DNA of 37,871 nt from an uncultured Aquificaceae bacterium (lineage in GTDB: Bacteria > Aquificota > Aquificia > Aquificales > Aquificaceae): positions 1 through 37,871 of the forward strand of contig CAYFGH010000002.1 in NCBI GenBank assembly GCA_964342735.1, given 5' to 3'. Shown piece after piece: positions 1-10,400 of this stretch. The position numbers and the translations under genes are program-made. The stretch's first letter is position 1, and every line of letters begins with the position of its first letter. The notes below the pieces were generated by a model. It had not been told where the DNA came from, ran no database searches, and saw only the letters and a program-made list of their open reading frames with translations.

Positions 1-1
1 T

Positions 2-2752
2 TTTAAAAATATACATATAACCCTTGAAACAAAAGAGCATTTTAACCTTTTAAAAGATTGCCCATATGTGGATGAGTTTGTCTACTCTCCTCTGGAGCTT
101 TCTTTTGTTAAATCCTTTGATACCGTTTTAGACCTTTACATGCTTGTAGGCTCTCCTATGTTTGATAGCAACCTTGTAGCCTCTTACTATTTTAAGCTTT
201 TTGGTTTTGAAGTCCCAGAGGATAAAAGCGCTTTTATACCATACGTTTATATAGACAAAGAAAAAGATGAATATATAAAGCATATTTTTGATGAGTACAG
301 AAACATATATAAAAAGCCTATCTTGGGATTTCACTTTTCAGCTTCTTCACCACATCGCATGCCACCGGTGGATATATTTTGTCAAGCCATAAGCCCTTTG
401 CAGAAGTTTTTTACGATAGTTTATTCTTATCCGTCCCAGCATAGCGATTATGCCAAAGAGGTTAAGAAATATCTTCCAAAGGCTATAGATATATCTTCTC
501 ATATAAAAGATATATCATATCTTCCATCTTACGTTAAAAATCTTGATTTTCTTATATCTGTAGAGACGGTGCTTCCTCATATAGCGGTCTATACGAAAAC
601 CCCTGCTCTCGTGGTGCTTGGCCCGGGGAGTTTTAAAAATATATACGACTATGGAGTATCCTATATAAAAGCTCTTGAAATGAACTATAAAGGACAAGTG
701 TGCGCAAGCCCGTGTCATCTTCACGTATCCCCAATATGTCCTGAAGCCGTTGTGAAACAGTCAAACCTCTCCCCCTGCTTTTCAAATCTACACTCTTATT
801 CTTTGATGAAATCGTTTTTAGAGCTTTTAAAAGCTATAAACTCAAACCTTACAAAAAAGCTAGAGGAAGAACTCACTTTAGAAGAGCAATCCACAAGGGC
901 TATATTTAGATTGCTATCCACCATACCCGTAAACCTTTATTATGAAACAGGGCTTAATTTCATAGGTGCTTTTGCCCATGTAAAGAGTATAATGAGCTTT
1001 GTTTTGAATGCACTATTTGAACGTTCTATCTCTTTTAAAAGCCTGAAACCTGTTCTTATACTAAGAGGGTATGAAACTCTGGCTTTGGCTCTTTTTATAA
1101 ACGCCATATCACCATCCATCATATATGTAGAAAATGAATATTTCAAAAAGCTACTGTACTATTTTGGTATAAAATCACATGTGATTGATTACGATATACT
1201 AAACATACCAGACAACGCTTTGATTATAGATATGGCTTTATCTTATGAAGATGAATTTGATTACAAAGCTCATATTAAAAAGTTATCTAAAAAGCTTAAA
1301 AAAGATTCAATATTCTTTTCTTTTGTATTTAACAAGGACAGGCTGAAAAATGCTTTTAATAAGGGTCAGGATATCTATCAGCCTCCTTTTGACAGGTTTA
1401 TAAACGAGATTTCTTATGATGAGCTTCTTGAATTTAAAGATTTTCATATAAACGCCTTATCCCCAAACCCTTCTGATTTTATCAACATGTTTGGAGAGTA
1501 TTCTATATTTAAGCATATACCACCTCATAATCAGGCTTTTAAGCTTTTGATAGAAAAAAACGACCATCCTTACATATACGCTCTTTCAAACATAAAATCA
1601 AAAGATAGCTATGAAAACATCACAAGATTTTACTCTTTTATAGAAAAGACCTATATAAGACCTGATTTTTCTATATCTTCTAATGTAAAAACCGATGATG
1701 ATGTTAAAAATCTTTTTGTTCTTGATAAAAATATAAGCGGATATTTAAAAGATTATATTAAAAATGCTTTTGATGATGCTATGTTTTTGGAGTTTAACGC
1801 TTTTGATAAAGATATATTTGATAAATACATAACACTGCAACCAGAAAGTATCTTTTTTGTGGGGGATTCTTTTTTGGATTACTTTAAACAAGACCCAAAC
1901 TTTTTAAAGAACATCCTTTTCGGGCCAAAGGTAAATGTGATCCTTGATAAAAATCCTTTTTCTGATGATGCTTATCTAAACACTTTTAAGGGGTTTTTAA
2001 GAGATTATCCAAATATAGATTTTTATACCACACACAAAGGCGTTTTTGATATACTTGGCAAAAAGCACGAAAACCTGAGGTATTTTGATGTTGATTTAGA
2101 AAAGATTGATGGCTTAGAAGGGTATAGCGATGATAAAACGATAGATCTTCTTATAGTATCAACCTCGAGCTATTTTCCCATCAAGAAAACAGAGTTTGAC
2201 GTGGAGGAGTTTTATAGCTCTTATATAAATGGTTTTTCCAAAAACATCCAGAAGCTTGTGCTTGATTTTCTAAAAGATAAGACTGGAAAAAAGAATCTAT
2301 ACTATGAGGATATTGAGTTTTTGAGCTTTTATAAAGATATTATAAATCATAGTGCCAGTGTAAACTATTTTATCGCTCAAGAGGTAAAAAATGTGGCAGC
2401 AAAGCTTACAAAAAACATTTTACATGTGGGAATACTGAACTTTGGAGAACCGAGGTTTTTAAAAGATATCGCCATGGAGCATACAGTAAGTAGCAGATAC
2501 ATGCCTGATATTCTTATTACAAAGGAAGAAAATTTTGATGGCTTTTTGGAAAAATCAAAGGTTGTTTTATATCTTGATGGGTTTGATAGTTTTCAAAGAT
2601 TACCTTTTCTTTGTTTAAAGGCTTTTAAATCAAGAATACCCTGTATATCAAAGTATCAGAAACCCTTAGAAAATGTTCCAAACCTCATACTTGTAAGAAA
2701 TATAGAAGAGCTTCTTGGAAGCGTAGGGTTTTTGTTGAGCTCTAAGGTTTAA
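2..2752 (+). CDS. Multidomain glycosyltransferase (N-terminal GT9/heptosyltransferase-like domain plus further domains); 5' end lies outside the window
   Basis: The frame is open from base 2 (FKNIHITLETKEHFNLLKDCPYVDEF), so GTG 68 is probably internal. GT9-like motifs: LDFLISVETVLPHIA, PALVVLGP and the Cys cluster CASPC..ICP..PC. The C-terminus resembles a GT-B/Glyco_trans_1_2 tail. Confidence 0.7.
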   Translation, partial: FKNIHITLETKEHFNLLKDCPYVDEFVYSPLELSFVKSFDTVLDLYMLVGSPMFDSNLVASYYFKLFGFEVPEDKSAFIPYVYIDKEKDEYIKHIFDEYRNIYKKPILGFHFSASSPHRMPPVDIFCQAISPLQKFFTIVYSYPSQHSDYAKEVKKYLPKAIDISSHIKDISYLPSYVKNLDFLISVETVLPHIAVYTKTPALVVLGPGSFKNIYDYGVSYIKALEMNYKGQVCASPCHLHVSPICPEAVVKQSNLSPCFSNLHSYSLMKSFLELLKAINSNLTKKLEEELTLEEQSTRAIFRLLSTIPVNLYYETGLNFIGAFAHVKSIMSFVLNALFERSISFKSLKPVLILRGYETLALALFINAISPSIIYVENEYFKKLLYYFGIKSHVIDYDILNIPDNALIIDMALSYEDEFDYKAHIKKLSKKLKKDSIFFSFVFNKDRLKNAFNKGQDIYQPPFDRFINEISYDELLEFKDFHINALSPNPSDFINMFGEYSIFKHIPPHNQAFKLLIEKNDHPYIYALSNIKSKDSYENITRFYSFIEKTYIRPDFSISSNVKTDDDVKNLFVLDKNISGYLKDYIKNAFDDAMFLEFNAFDKDIFDKYITLQPESIFFVGDSFLDYFKQDPNFLKNILFGPKVNVILDKNPFSDDAYLNTFKGFLRDYPNIDFYTTHKGVFDILGKKHENLRYFDVDLEKIDGLEGYSDDKTIDLLIVSTSSYFPIKKTEFDVEEFYSSYINGFSKNIQKLVLDFLKDKTGKKNLYYEDIEFLSFYKDIINHSASVNYFIAQEVKNVAAKLTKNILHVGILNFGEPRFLKDIAMEHTVSSRYMPDILITKEENFDGFLEKSKVVLYLDGFDSFQRLPFLCLKAFKSRIPCISKYQKPLENVPNLILVRNIEELLGSVGFLLSSKV

Positions 2753-2790
2753 AACATCTATTTATAAACATATGAAACTTTATAAAAATA

Positions 2791-2799
2791 TGATAAACT
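2791..2799 (+). promoter_or_regulatory. Putative extended -10 promoter (TGaTAAACT) 8 nt before the ispB ATG; leaderless-type
   Basis: TGnTAnnnT lies just upstream of ATG 2808, with no Shine-Dalgarno (SD) present. Confidence 0.5.
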
Positions 2800-2807
2800 A
2801 ATAGCCA

Positions 2808-3746
2808 ATGGCACAATTAAGCAGTGTGGACAACGTAAGAAACAGGATAGAGCAGGCTCTTAGCAAACATCTTGATAGTTCTGTAGATACCATACTAAAA
2901 GCGGGAAACTCTATCATTGAAGCTGGTGGTAAGAGAATAAGGCCCCTTTTGCTGGTTTACCTGGTGGAGAGCCTAGGTGGTGATGTAGAAAAAGCCATAA
3001 CGCTTGGGTGTGGTATAGAGTACATTCATATAGCTTCTTTGCTTCACGATGATGTGGTGGATAAGGCAGATTCTAGAAGAGGGAGACCTTCTGTAAACAA
3101 GGTTTTTGGGGCTGAAGTGGCTGTTCTTACCGGGGATTATCTTTACGCCAAAGCGCTTTTTCTGTATGCTAATTACGGCAATCAGAAGATGATAGATATT
3201 TTATCAAAGGCTGTTATGAGGATGGCGGAAGGTCAGCTTTTGGAGTTAAAAAGCATAGGCTCTATCATAGATGAGAACACCTATTTTGACATAATAGATG
3301 GTAAGACCGCATACCTTATAGGGGCTTGTTTTGGAGTTGGTGCTCTGATATCAGAAAGAACCGATTATGAGAAGTTTTTCAATATAGGTTTGAAACTGGG
3401 CAGGGCTTTTCAGCTGATAGACGATGCTCTTGATTACGAGATGGACAGCCAGAAGCTAGGTAAACCATCAAGAAGCGATTTGAAGGAGGGCAAGGTTACA
3501 TATCCTGTGATATCGGTAATAGATAAAATAGATAGAGGTTTATTGCAAAAGATACTGCTCTCTCAAAATCCGTCTCAAGAGGAGCTTGATAGTGTTATAA
3601 ACATGGTGATAGAAAAAGGCGGGGTAAATTATACAAAGGACTTGGCTTTTAGGCTTTTAGAAGAGGTAAAACAGGAGCTTTCTAGCTATAAAGTTACAGA
3701 TAAACTAATGGAGCTTATAGAGAAAACCGTCAAAAGAGATTTTTGA
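2808..3746 (+). CDS. ispB: Long-chain polyprenyl diphosphate synthase
   Basis: GGKRIRP, first Asp-rich motif HDDVVD..RRG, AFQLIDD and GK..SDLKEGK. Confidence 0.9.
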   Translation: MAQLSSVDNVRNRIEQALSKHLDSSVDTILKAGNSIIEAGGKRIRPLLLVYLVESLGGDVEKAITLGCGIEYIHIASLLHDDVVDKADSRRGRPSVNKVFGAEVAVLTGDYLYAKALFLYANYGNQKMIDILSKAVMRMAEGQLLELKSIGSIIDENTYFDIIDGKTAYLIGACFGVGALISERTDYEKFFNIGLKLGRAFQLIDDALDYEMDSQKLGKPSRSDLKEGKVTYPVISVIDKIDRGLLQKILLSQNPSQEELDSVINMVIEKGGVNYTKDLAFRLLEEVKQELSSYKVTDKLMELIEKTVKRDF

Positions 3747-4972
3747 TGGAGCTAATAGGCTATATACTTGGTATAGTGTTTTTTATACTTCTGGAGGGGT
3801 TTTTCTCTGGTTCTGAAATGGCCATACTCTCTTCAAACAAATCAAGGCTTGAAGCCCTAGCTAAAAAAACTAACAGCCCCTACAAGGAGCTCGTATCTAG
3901 ATTTTTAAAAAATCAAGAGGAGTTTCTAACGTTTACGCTTTTTGGATATACCATAAGCATAGTGTTTGCTGCTAGTCTTTATACCATAATGCTTTATGAA
4001 GTATCCAGGAATATACCCATTTTAAGGCATACCTATGTGCTTTTTTCGGAAAGCCTTGTGATTCTTACCATAGTTTTTGGGGAGATAATACCAAAGATAA
4101 TATTCCAAAAGTACGCGGACAAAGTGATATTGCCCGTTATATTCGTTCTTTATAAACTAAGATTCTTGTTTGGATTTTCCTCTTTTTTATCAAAAGCCAT
4201 AAAACACGTATTTTTTAAGTACATGTCCAAACCTCGTTCTCATGTTAGCAGGAGTGCTTTGCTTAAAATAATCTCAAAAGAGCTTGACGTAGACAAATTT
4301 GAATCGCTGATATTGTCAAATATACTCTCTTTTAAGGAAAGAAGAGCTGGTGAGATAGTAAGACCCATATATGAAGTGGCTATGATAGAAGAGGGGGCTC
4401 TGGTGGAGCAGGCCATATACCAGATGAAATCCAGCGGATACTCAAGGCTTCCGGTGTTTAGAAACACTGTAAACGATGTGCTTGGCTATATCAGGGCTTT
4501 TGATATCATAGACAAAGACCCAAATACGCCAATAGGTATCTCTATAAGACCAATACAGGTATTTTCGGAGTTTTCTTTTTTAAAAGATGTGCTTCAAGAG
4601 TTTAAAAGAAAGAAAGAGCATATAGGGGTCGTGGTGGATGAAAGAGGGGTTATACTCGGTATCATAACGCTAGAAGATGTTTTAAGGGAGATAGTGGGCC
4701 AGATGTCTGATGATGTTAGAAAAGAAGAACAGCTTCTTAGAGAGATTGCAAAAAACAAATGGCTTGTGGATGGAAAGCTTGAGATAAACGAGTTCTCCAG
4801 AGTTGTAGGCGTAGAGATACCCTCTGGTCCTTATACCACAGTATCTGGCTATATAACTTACCATCTTGGTAGAATACCCCAAAGAAACGAATCAGTAAAT
4901 ATAGATAAGTTTAAATTTAAAATTATAGACAGCGATAAAAGAAGGATTTTGAAGCTCATAGTGGAAATATAA
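3746..4972 (+). CDS. CNNM (DUF21)-CBS-CBS-CorC/HlyC membrane protein (Mg2+/Co2+ transport, TlyC-like)
   Basis: GFFSGSEMA, VFGEIIPK, YSRLPV, VVVDERG and ITLEDVLREIVG. ATG 3746 overlaps the ispB stop (TGATG). Confidence 0.9.
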   Translation: MELIGYILGIVFFILLEGFFSGSEMAILSSNKSRLEALAKKTNSPYKELVSRFLKNQEEFLTFTLFGYTISIVFAASLYTIMLYEVSRNIPILRHTYVLFSESLVILTIVFGEIIPKIIFQKYADKVILPVIFVLYKLRFLFGFSSFLSKAIKHVFFKYMSKPRSHVSRSALLKIISKELDVDKFESLILSNILSFKERRAGEIVRPIYEVAMIEEGALVEQAIYQMKSSGYSRLPVFRNTVNDVLGYIRAFDIIDKDPNTPIGISIRPIQVFSEFSFLKDVLQEFKRKKEHIGVVVDERGVILGIITLEDVLREIVGQMSDDVRKEEQLLREIAKNKWLVDGKLEINEFSRVVGVEIPSGPYTTVSGYITYHLGRIPQRNESVNIDKFKFKIIDSDKRRILKLIVEI

Positions 4973-5025
4973 ATTATTGACTTTTTACAATATTTTTATA
5001 TCTTTAGTTTATAAGGAGGTGCTTT

Positions 5026-5217
5026 ATGCAGAAGAATATGGCTTCATGGGACAGAATAGGCAGAGTTGTGCTGGGTATTATTTTGATATTTTTAGCTATT
5101 AAAAACCATGGGATAATTTTCACGATTTTAGGTGTTGTGGGTCTTGTATTTCTGGTGACTGCTGCTATAGGTTTTTGTCCTCTTTATACGGTGCTTGGCT
5201 TTAAAACTGGCGAATGA
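5026..5217 (+). CDS. DUF2892 (YgaP-like) small membrane protein
   Basis: KNM..WDRIGR ... GFCPLY..LG signature, two TM segments and SD AAGGAGG. Confidence 0.88.
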   Translation: MQKNMASWDRIGRVVLGIILIFLAIKNHGIIFTILGVVGLVFLVTAAIGFCPLYTVLGFKTGE

Positions 5218-5395
5218 TAGTATAACTTTACTTTTTTATAAATTTTTTATTATTTTCTTTTATAAGGCTGATAAATTTTGTTTATATAATATATAAAAGC
5301 ACCTTATAGCTACTTAAACAATTATTTATGGCTTCTTTCTGTCCATATGTTAATATTTTTGTATATTAGCTTAGTTTGTTTTGGAGGTTTAATAT

Positions 5396-6235
5396 ATGGA
5401 CAGAAGAAGTTTTTTTAAGGCTATAGGCGCTGCTATAGGCATAGCCGCCTCAGAAAAGGCTGCTGAAGCCGTTGAAATACCTCCTATGCTTACGATTCCC
5501 GGCAGGGAAGAGAACAATCCTCAGTGGGTTGGTCAGAAGGGTAAGAAATTCGCAATGGTTATGGACTTAAGAAAGTGCATAGGATGTCAGGCCTGTACCT
5601 CTGCCTGTATCATAGAGAACGACGTTCCCACAGACCAATATAGAACTTATGTGCCAGAGTATGAAGTAGGAACATTTCCTAACGTTAGAAAGGTATTTTT
5701 ACCTCAACTTTGCAATCACTGCGAAAATCCTCCGTGTGTACCTGTTTGCCCCACAGGCGCCACCTACAAAAGGCAAGATGGTATAGTGGTGGTTGATAAC
5801 ACTATATGCTGGGGGTGCGGGTACTGTGTAAATGCCTGCCCATACGATAAGAGATTCATGAACGATAGATATCACGTTGCGGATAAGTGTACGTTTTGTG
5901 CTCACAGGGTTGACAACGGTATGCTACCAGCCTGTGTGGAGTCCTGTGTGGGTGGTGCTAGAATATTTGGAGATTTGAACGATCCAAACAGTGAAGTTTC
6001 AAAGCTTATAAGAACATACCCTGTAAGTGTTTTAAGGCCAGAGCAAGGTACGATACCAAATGTATTCTATATAAATCTATATGGAGAGCTCCAGGATACG
6101 CCACCTACAAACTTTGAAAGCTTGGATGACCTTGCAAGAGAGTACTATAAGATAAAGTCTGAAGAATCTGAGTGGATGATTTTGAAACCACTTCAAGATA
6201 TAGTAAATGTGGAGGATTACAGACATGATGCTTGA
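5396..6235 (+). CDS. ttrB: Tetrathionate reductase-type 4x[4Fe-4S] subunit with Tat signal
   Basis: MDRRSFFK Tat motif; CIGCQAC, CNHCENPPC, CWGCGYC and CTFC motifs; first gene of a B-C-A operon. Confidence 0.8.
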   Translation: MDRRSFFKAIGAAIGIAASEKAAEAVEIPPMLTIPGREENNPQWVGQKGKKFAMVMDLRKCIGCQACTSACIIENDVPTDQYRTYVPEYEVGTFPNVRKVFLPQLCNHCENPPCVPVCPTGATYKRQDGIVVVDNTICWGCGYCVNACPYDKRFMNDRYHVADKCTFCAHRVDNGMLPACVESCVGGARIFGDLNDPNSEVSKLIRTYPVSVLRPEQGTIPNVFYINLYGELQDTPPTNFESLDDLAREYYKIKSEESEWMILKPLQDIVNVEDYRHDA

Positions 6236-7409
6236 TACTTATCACAAGATTTTGGTGTTTGCTTCGTCTATTACCCCTTCCAGACCATGGGGTGTCAACA
6301 TACCAAACTATTTCTGGACTGGTGGTATAAGCGTAGGGGCTTTCTTTATATACAGCCTTTATGCGGTGTTTGGTATGGAGAAGTTTAAAAGGCTATCCAG
6401 CATGTGTCTTTTGATAGCCTTTTCTTTCATAGCTATAGCCCCACTTAACCTGGTGGACGATTTAAAGCAACCCGGTAGAATGATTCACGTATTTTTGTAT
6501 GGATGGTCTCACTTTCCTACCTCGCCTATGAAGTGGGGTGTTATACTCTTGACTTCTTATACGGTATTTGCTCTGCTTAGTTTGATAGCCTATTACAGAC
6601 CATTTTTTGCAAAACTCTATGAGACCGTCAGCGATAACAGATTAAAGCTAGTTTTCAAGCTTTTAACATTGAATAGATTAGGTTTAACAGAAGAAGAATT
6701 TCAAAAAGACAGAAAGATTTTGTTCTATCTTGGAGTGCTTGGACTTGTGTTTGGTATAGGTGTTGAGTTTTATACCGGATACATAGTGGGAATATTGGTT
6801 TCTTTCCCGCTTGTGCATTTTCCAGCTCTTCCTCTTGTGATGTTAACCTCTGCTTTGGTGTCGGGCTCTGGTTTCGTATTGTTCTTTTATCCTATATACC
6901 AAAAGCTCATGGACAAAGATATAGATAGGGACGATATAGCAGCTGTTGCCAACATAATGGCATGGGCCATAGTGGGTGAACTCTTGCTGGATCTATTCTG
7001 GTACTCTTTCAGCCTTGCTTTTAGCGGTATCACGAAGTACTACATGAGAGCTTACTTTAAGGAAGACCTTATTGGTATACTGGTGTTTGATCTGGGTCTT
7101 TTCCTGTTTGTGCCTATGATATTGGCCTTCAGCAAAGTTAAAAGATCCGCTTTCTTTATGTTTATAGCTGGTGCTCTGGCAGCGTTTGGTGCCTGGTATT
7201 TCAAATACAGCCTTGTTATAGGCGGACAGAGCTTTCCGAAGATGATAGGTGGTTTTCTTACATATACGATGCCTATATTTGGACACAACAGTCTTCAGTC
7301 TTTGATAGCCAACTGGGGTGGTATCATAGGGCTTCTGGCGGCTACCATAGCACTTTTGCCCCACGCTGATGATTTGTATAGAGGTTTTGGTAAGGAGGTT
7401 AAAGCATGA
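6225..7409 (+). CDS. ttrC: NrfD/PsrC-family membrane anchor (TtrC-like)
   Basis: PWG..IPNYFW.GG, DDLKQPGR, TSPMKWG, YTG and multiple TMs. ATG 6225 is preferred over 6207 because GGAGG lies at 6211-6215. Confidence 0.75.
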   Translation: MMLDTYHKILVFASSITPSRPWGVNIPNYFWTGGISVGAFFIYSLYAVFGMEKFKRLSSMCLLIAFSFIAIAPLNLVDDLKQPGRMIHVFLYGWSHFPTSPMKWGVILLTSYTVFALLSLIAYYRPFFAKLYETVSDNRLKLVFKLLTLNRLGLTEEEFQKDRKILFYLGVLGLVFGIGVEFYTGYIVGILVSFPLVHFPALPLVMLTSALVSGSGFVLFFYPIYQKLMDKDIDRDDIAAVANIMAWAIVGELLLDLFWYSFSLAFSGITKYYMRAYFKEDLIGILVFDLGLFLFVPMILAFSKVKRSAFFMFIAGALAAFGAWYFKYSLVIGGQSFPKMIGGFLTYTMPIFGHNSLQSLIANWGGIIGLLAATIALLPHADDLYRGFGKEVKA

Positions 7410-10400
7410 ATACCACTCGCAGAAAGTTTCTTTTGGGTGTTTCAGCGGCCGGTCTTGGCACGATGGCCTTAGGATATTTAAAAACTTTTAAATATCTTTT
7501 TACTTTTGGCAGAAGAGGTCCAAAGCCAAGGTTTCCCATATATGGAAACGTACACCTGCCAGAAATTTTAAAAACCAAAGCTACTACCAACGAAAACGGC
7601 AACTATGTTATAAACAAGGATTATTATTATGCCAATACCGTTTGTATAGGCTGTACTACTCAATGTGGTGTACGTATAAAAGTTGATAAGAAAACCGGTA
7701 AAGTGGTGAGGGTGTTTGGCAACCCTTACAACCTCCTTTCATCAGACCCATGGCTTCCTTACGACAAACCCATAAAAGAGAGCATATTCTGGGTATCCGG
7801 TATAAACGAATCCGGTCTTAAAAACCGTTCCACTGTTTGCGCTAGAGGAAACGTGGTGTTTGATAAGCTTTATACCAGATACAGGGTTACAAAACCCTTG
7901 AAGAGAGTGGGCCCAAGAGGCTCTCACAGATGGGTGGAGATAGAACCTGAGCAACTTATCCAGGAGATTGTAAACGGTGGTAATCTTTTTGGTGAGGGTT
8001 TTGTAGAAGGTCTTAAAAGCATCAGAGACATAAATACACCTATAGATCCGAACAACCCAGAATATGGTCCAAAATCAAATCAGCTGGGTATCCTAGGTAC
8101 CAACGACGATGGTAGAAAAACATTTATAGTACACAGGTTTGTTAAAGCTTTTGGTACTGTTAACTTCTCTGGACATACCTCTATGTGCGGTCTTGCAATG
8201 AGGATAGGGCAGGCTGCTTACTTCGGAGACTTCAAGAAGCTTCCGCACGCCAAACCCGATTTTGATAATACAGAATATATCCTCTCAATAGGCACGGCTC
8301 CAGCCCAGGCGGGTAATCCATTTAAGCGTCAAGGTAAGCTTCTGGCAAGGGCAAGAACAGAGGGTCCTTTGAAGAAGATAGTGGTCGTGACACCAACGGC
8401 GGTCAACACCGATAACATGGCTGTAGATGCAAAATATGAATGGGTACCTATTTATCCGGGTCAAGATTTGGCTTTTGTGATGGGGCTTTTCAGATATATC
8501 ATTGAAAACAACCTGTACAACGCTCCTTATCTTTCTATACCCAGTGAAGAGGCTATGAAGGCTGCCAACGAAGTAAGCTACACCAACGCCACTCACCTTG
8601 TCATACAGGATCAGGGCGAAGATTTTGGCAAAATTTTAAGAGATGCCAACGGCGATCCCTACGTTATAGATGCTTCTACAAACTCTTTGCAAAATGCTAA
8701 AAACGTAAGAACGGCAGTTTTGTTTGTGGATCAACAGGTAAGTTTAAATGGTAAGACATACCATGTTAAAAGCGCTTTTCAGCTTTTAAAAGAGGCAGCT
8801 TTTGAATACTCTTTAGATGAGTATTCACAGATGTGTGGCGTACCGAAAGAAACAATAATAAGGATAGCTAAAGAGTTTACTTCATACGGCAGAAAAGCTA
8901 CTACGGACATACATGGCGGTGCTATGAACACCGTAGGTATGTACACTGCCTATGCTGTGGCTATGCTTGGTGCTATGGTGGGTAATATGAACTACAAAGG
9001 TGGTATGGCCATAAAGGGCGGTACTTACGATGCATACAAAGGACCGGTGTATGACCTTCTTGATTATGATGGAAAGGTTAAAACTCATGGCGTTCGTATA
9101 GATAGAGCAGGTTTTAAGTATCAGGATACCACAGAGTATAAAAACAAAAAAGCTCAAGGTTTAAATCCGTATCCTGCGAAAGATAAATGGTATCCCTTCT
9201 CTAACGCCATAGAGTCTGACTGGATAGCATCATCCGCTCATGGATATCCATACTCTTTAAAGGCTCTTATAACGGTAAACTCAAACCCCGCCTATGCTCA
9301 GTCAGGTTTTTCAAATGTAATAGAGTATTTGAAAGATCCCAAGAAGATACCCCTCTTCATCGCAATAGACCCATTTATAAACGAAACGAGCACATACGCT
9401 GATTATATAGTTCCAGATACGGTGCTCTACGAGGAATGGGGTGCTATGGCTCCTTGGGGTGCTTATCTTACAAAGATTACGACAATAAGATACCCAGCTA
9501 TAGAAAGCCCAAACGCCAAGTTTAAAAACGGTGAAACCATATGTGCTGAGAGCTTTTTTATAGAGCTGGGGAAAGCCCTGAATTTGCCAGGTTTTGGAGA
9601 CAACGCTATAAAAGGTATGGACGGTAAAACGTATCCTCTACACAGACCGCATGATTTTTATCTTAGGGCTTTTGAAAACTTGGCTATGCAGGAAACCCCG
9701 GTGCCGGATGCAACAGATGAAGATATAGAACTTGCTGGTCTTACAAACTGGGTACCGCTGTTAAAAGAGATAAATGGTCCAAACTGGCGGAAGGTGGCTA
9801 CCATAATGAGTAGAGGTGGAAGATACGCTCCTTATGAGACAGCTTACGATGGTATATATGTAAACCATAAGTATAAGAAGATACTTAACATATACAACGA
9901 AGAACTCGGTACTACAAAGGATGCCATAACGGGTGAGTATTATCACGGTGTGCCAAAATACATAGAGGGTCCTATATGCGCCGATGGTTCAAGTCTCTGG
10001 ACAAAGGTGGATAAAAATCAGTTTCCGTTGATGGCCTTTGGCTATAAATCAAATGTTTTATCCTCTCCAAACGCTTCTTCTGATAAGTTAAGGGACATAA
10101 AACTATCCACTTACATAGATATAAACTCTAAAACAGCTAAAGAATTTGGTATAAAATACGGTGATCTGGTGAAGGTCTCAAATCCTTTCGGCCAGTACAT
10201 AATAGGAATAGTCAGGGTAAAAGAAGGTATAATGCCTGGCACCATAGGTATAGAACATGGTCTTGGAAGGCTGGCTGAAGGTGCTGACACCATTTATATA
10301 AACAACAAAAAACTTCCGGCTATGCCTCTTCGTCAAACTGGAGTTAATATCAACATGCTTGGCATACAGGATCCAGTCCGTCCTAAAGGACATGTGCTTA

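Noticed and set aside
5329-5345. Possible sigma54 promoter (TGGC...) before ttrB
   Set aside because: There is no GC at the -12 position (GG-N10-TC).
6207-6224. GTG 6207 start of ttrC
   Set aside because: GGAGG at 6211-6215 favours ATG 6225.
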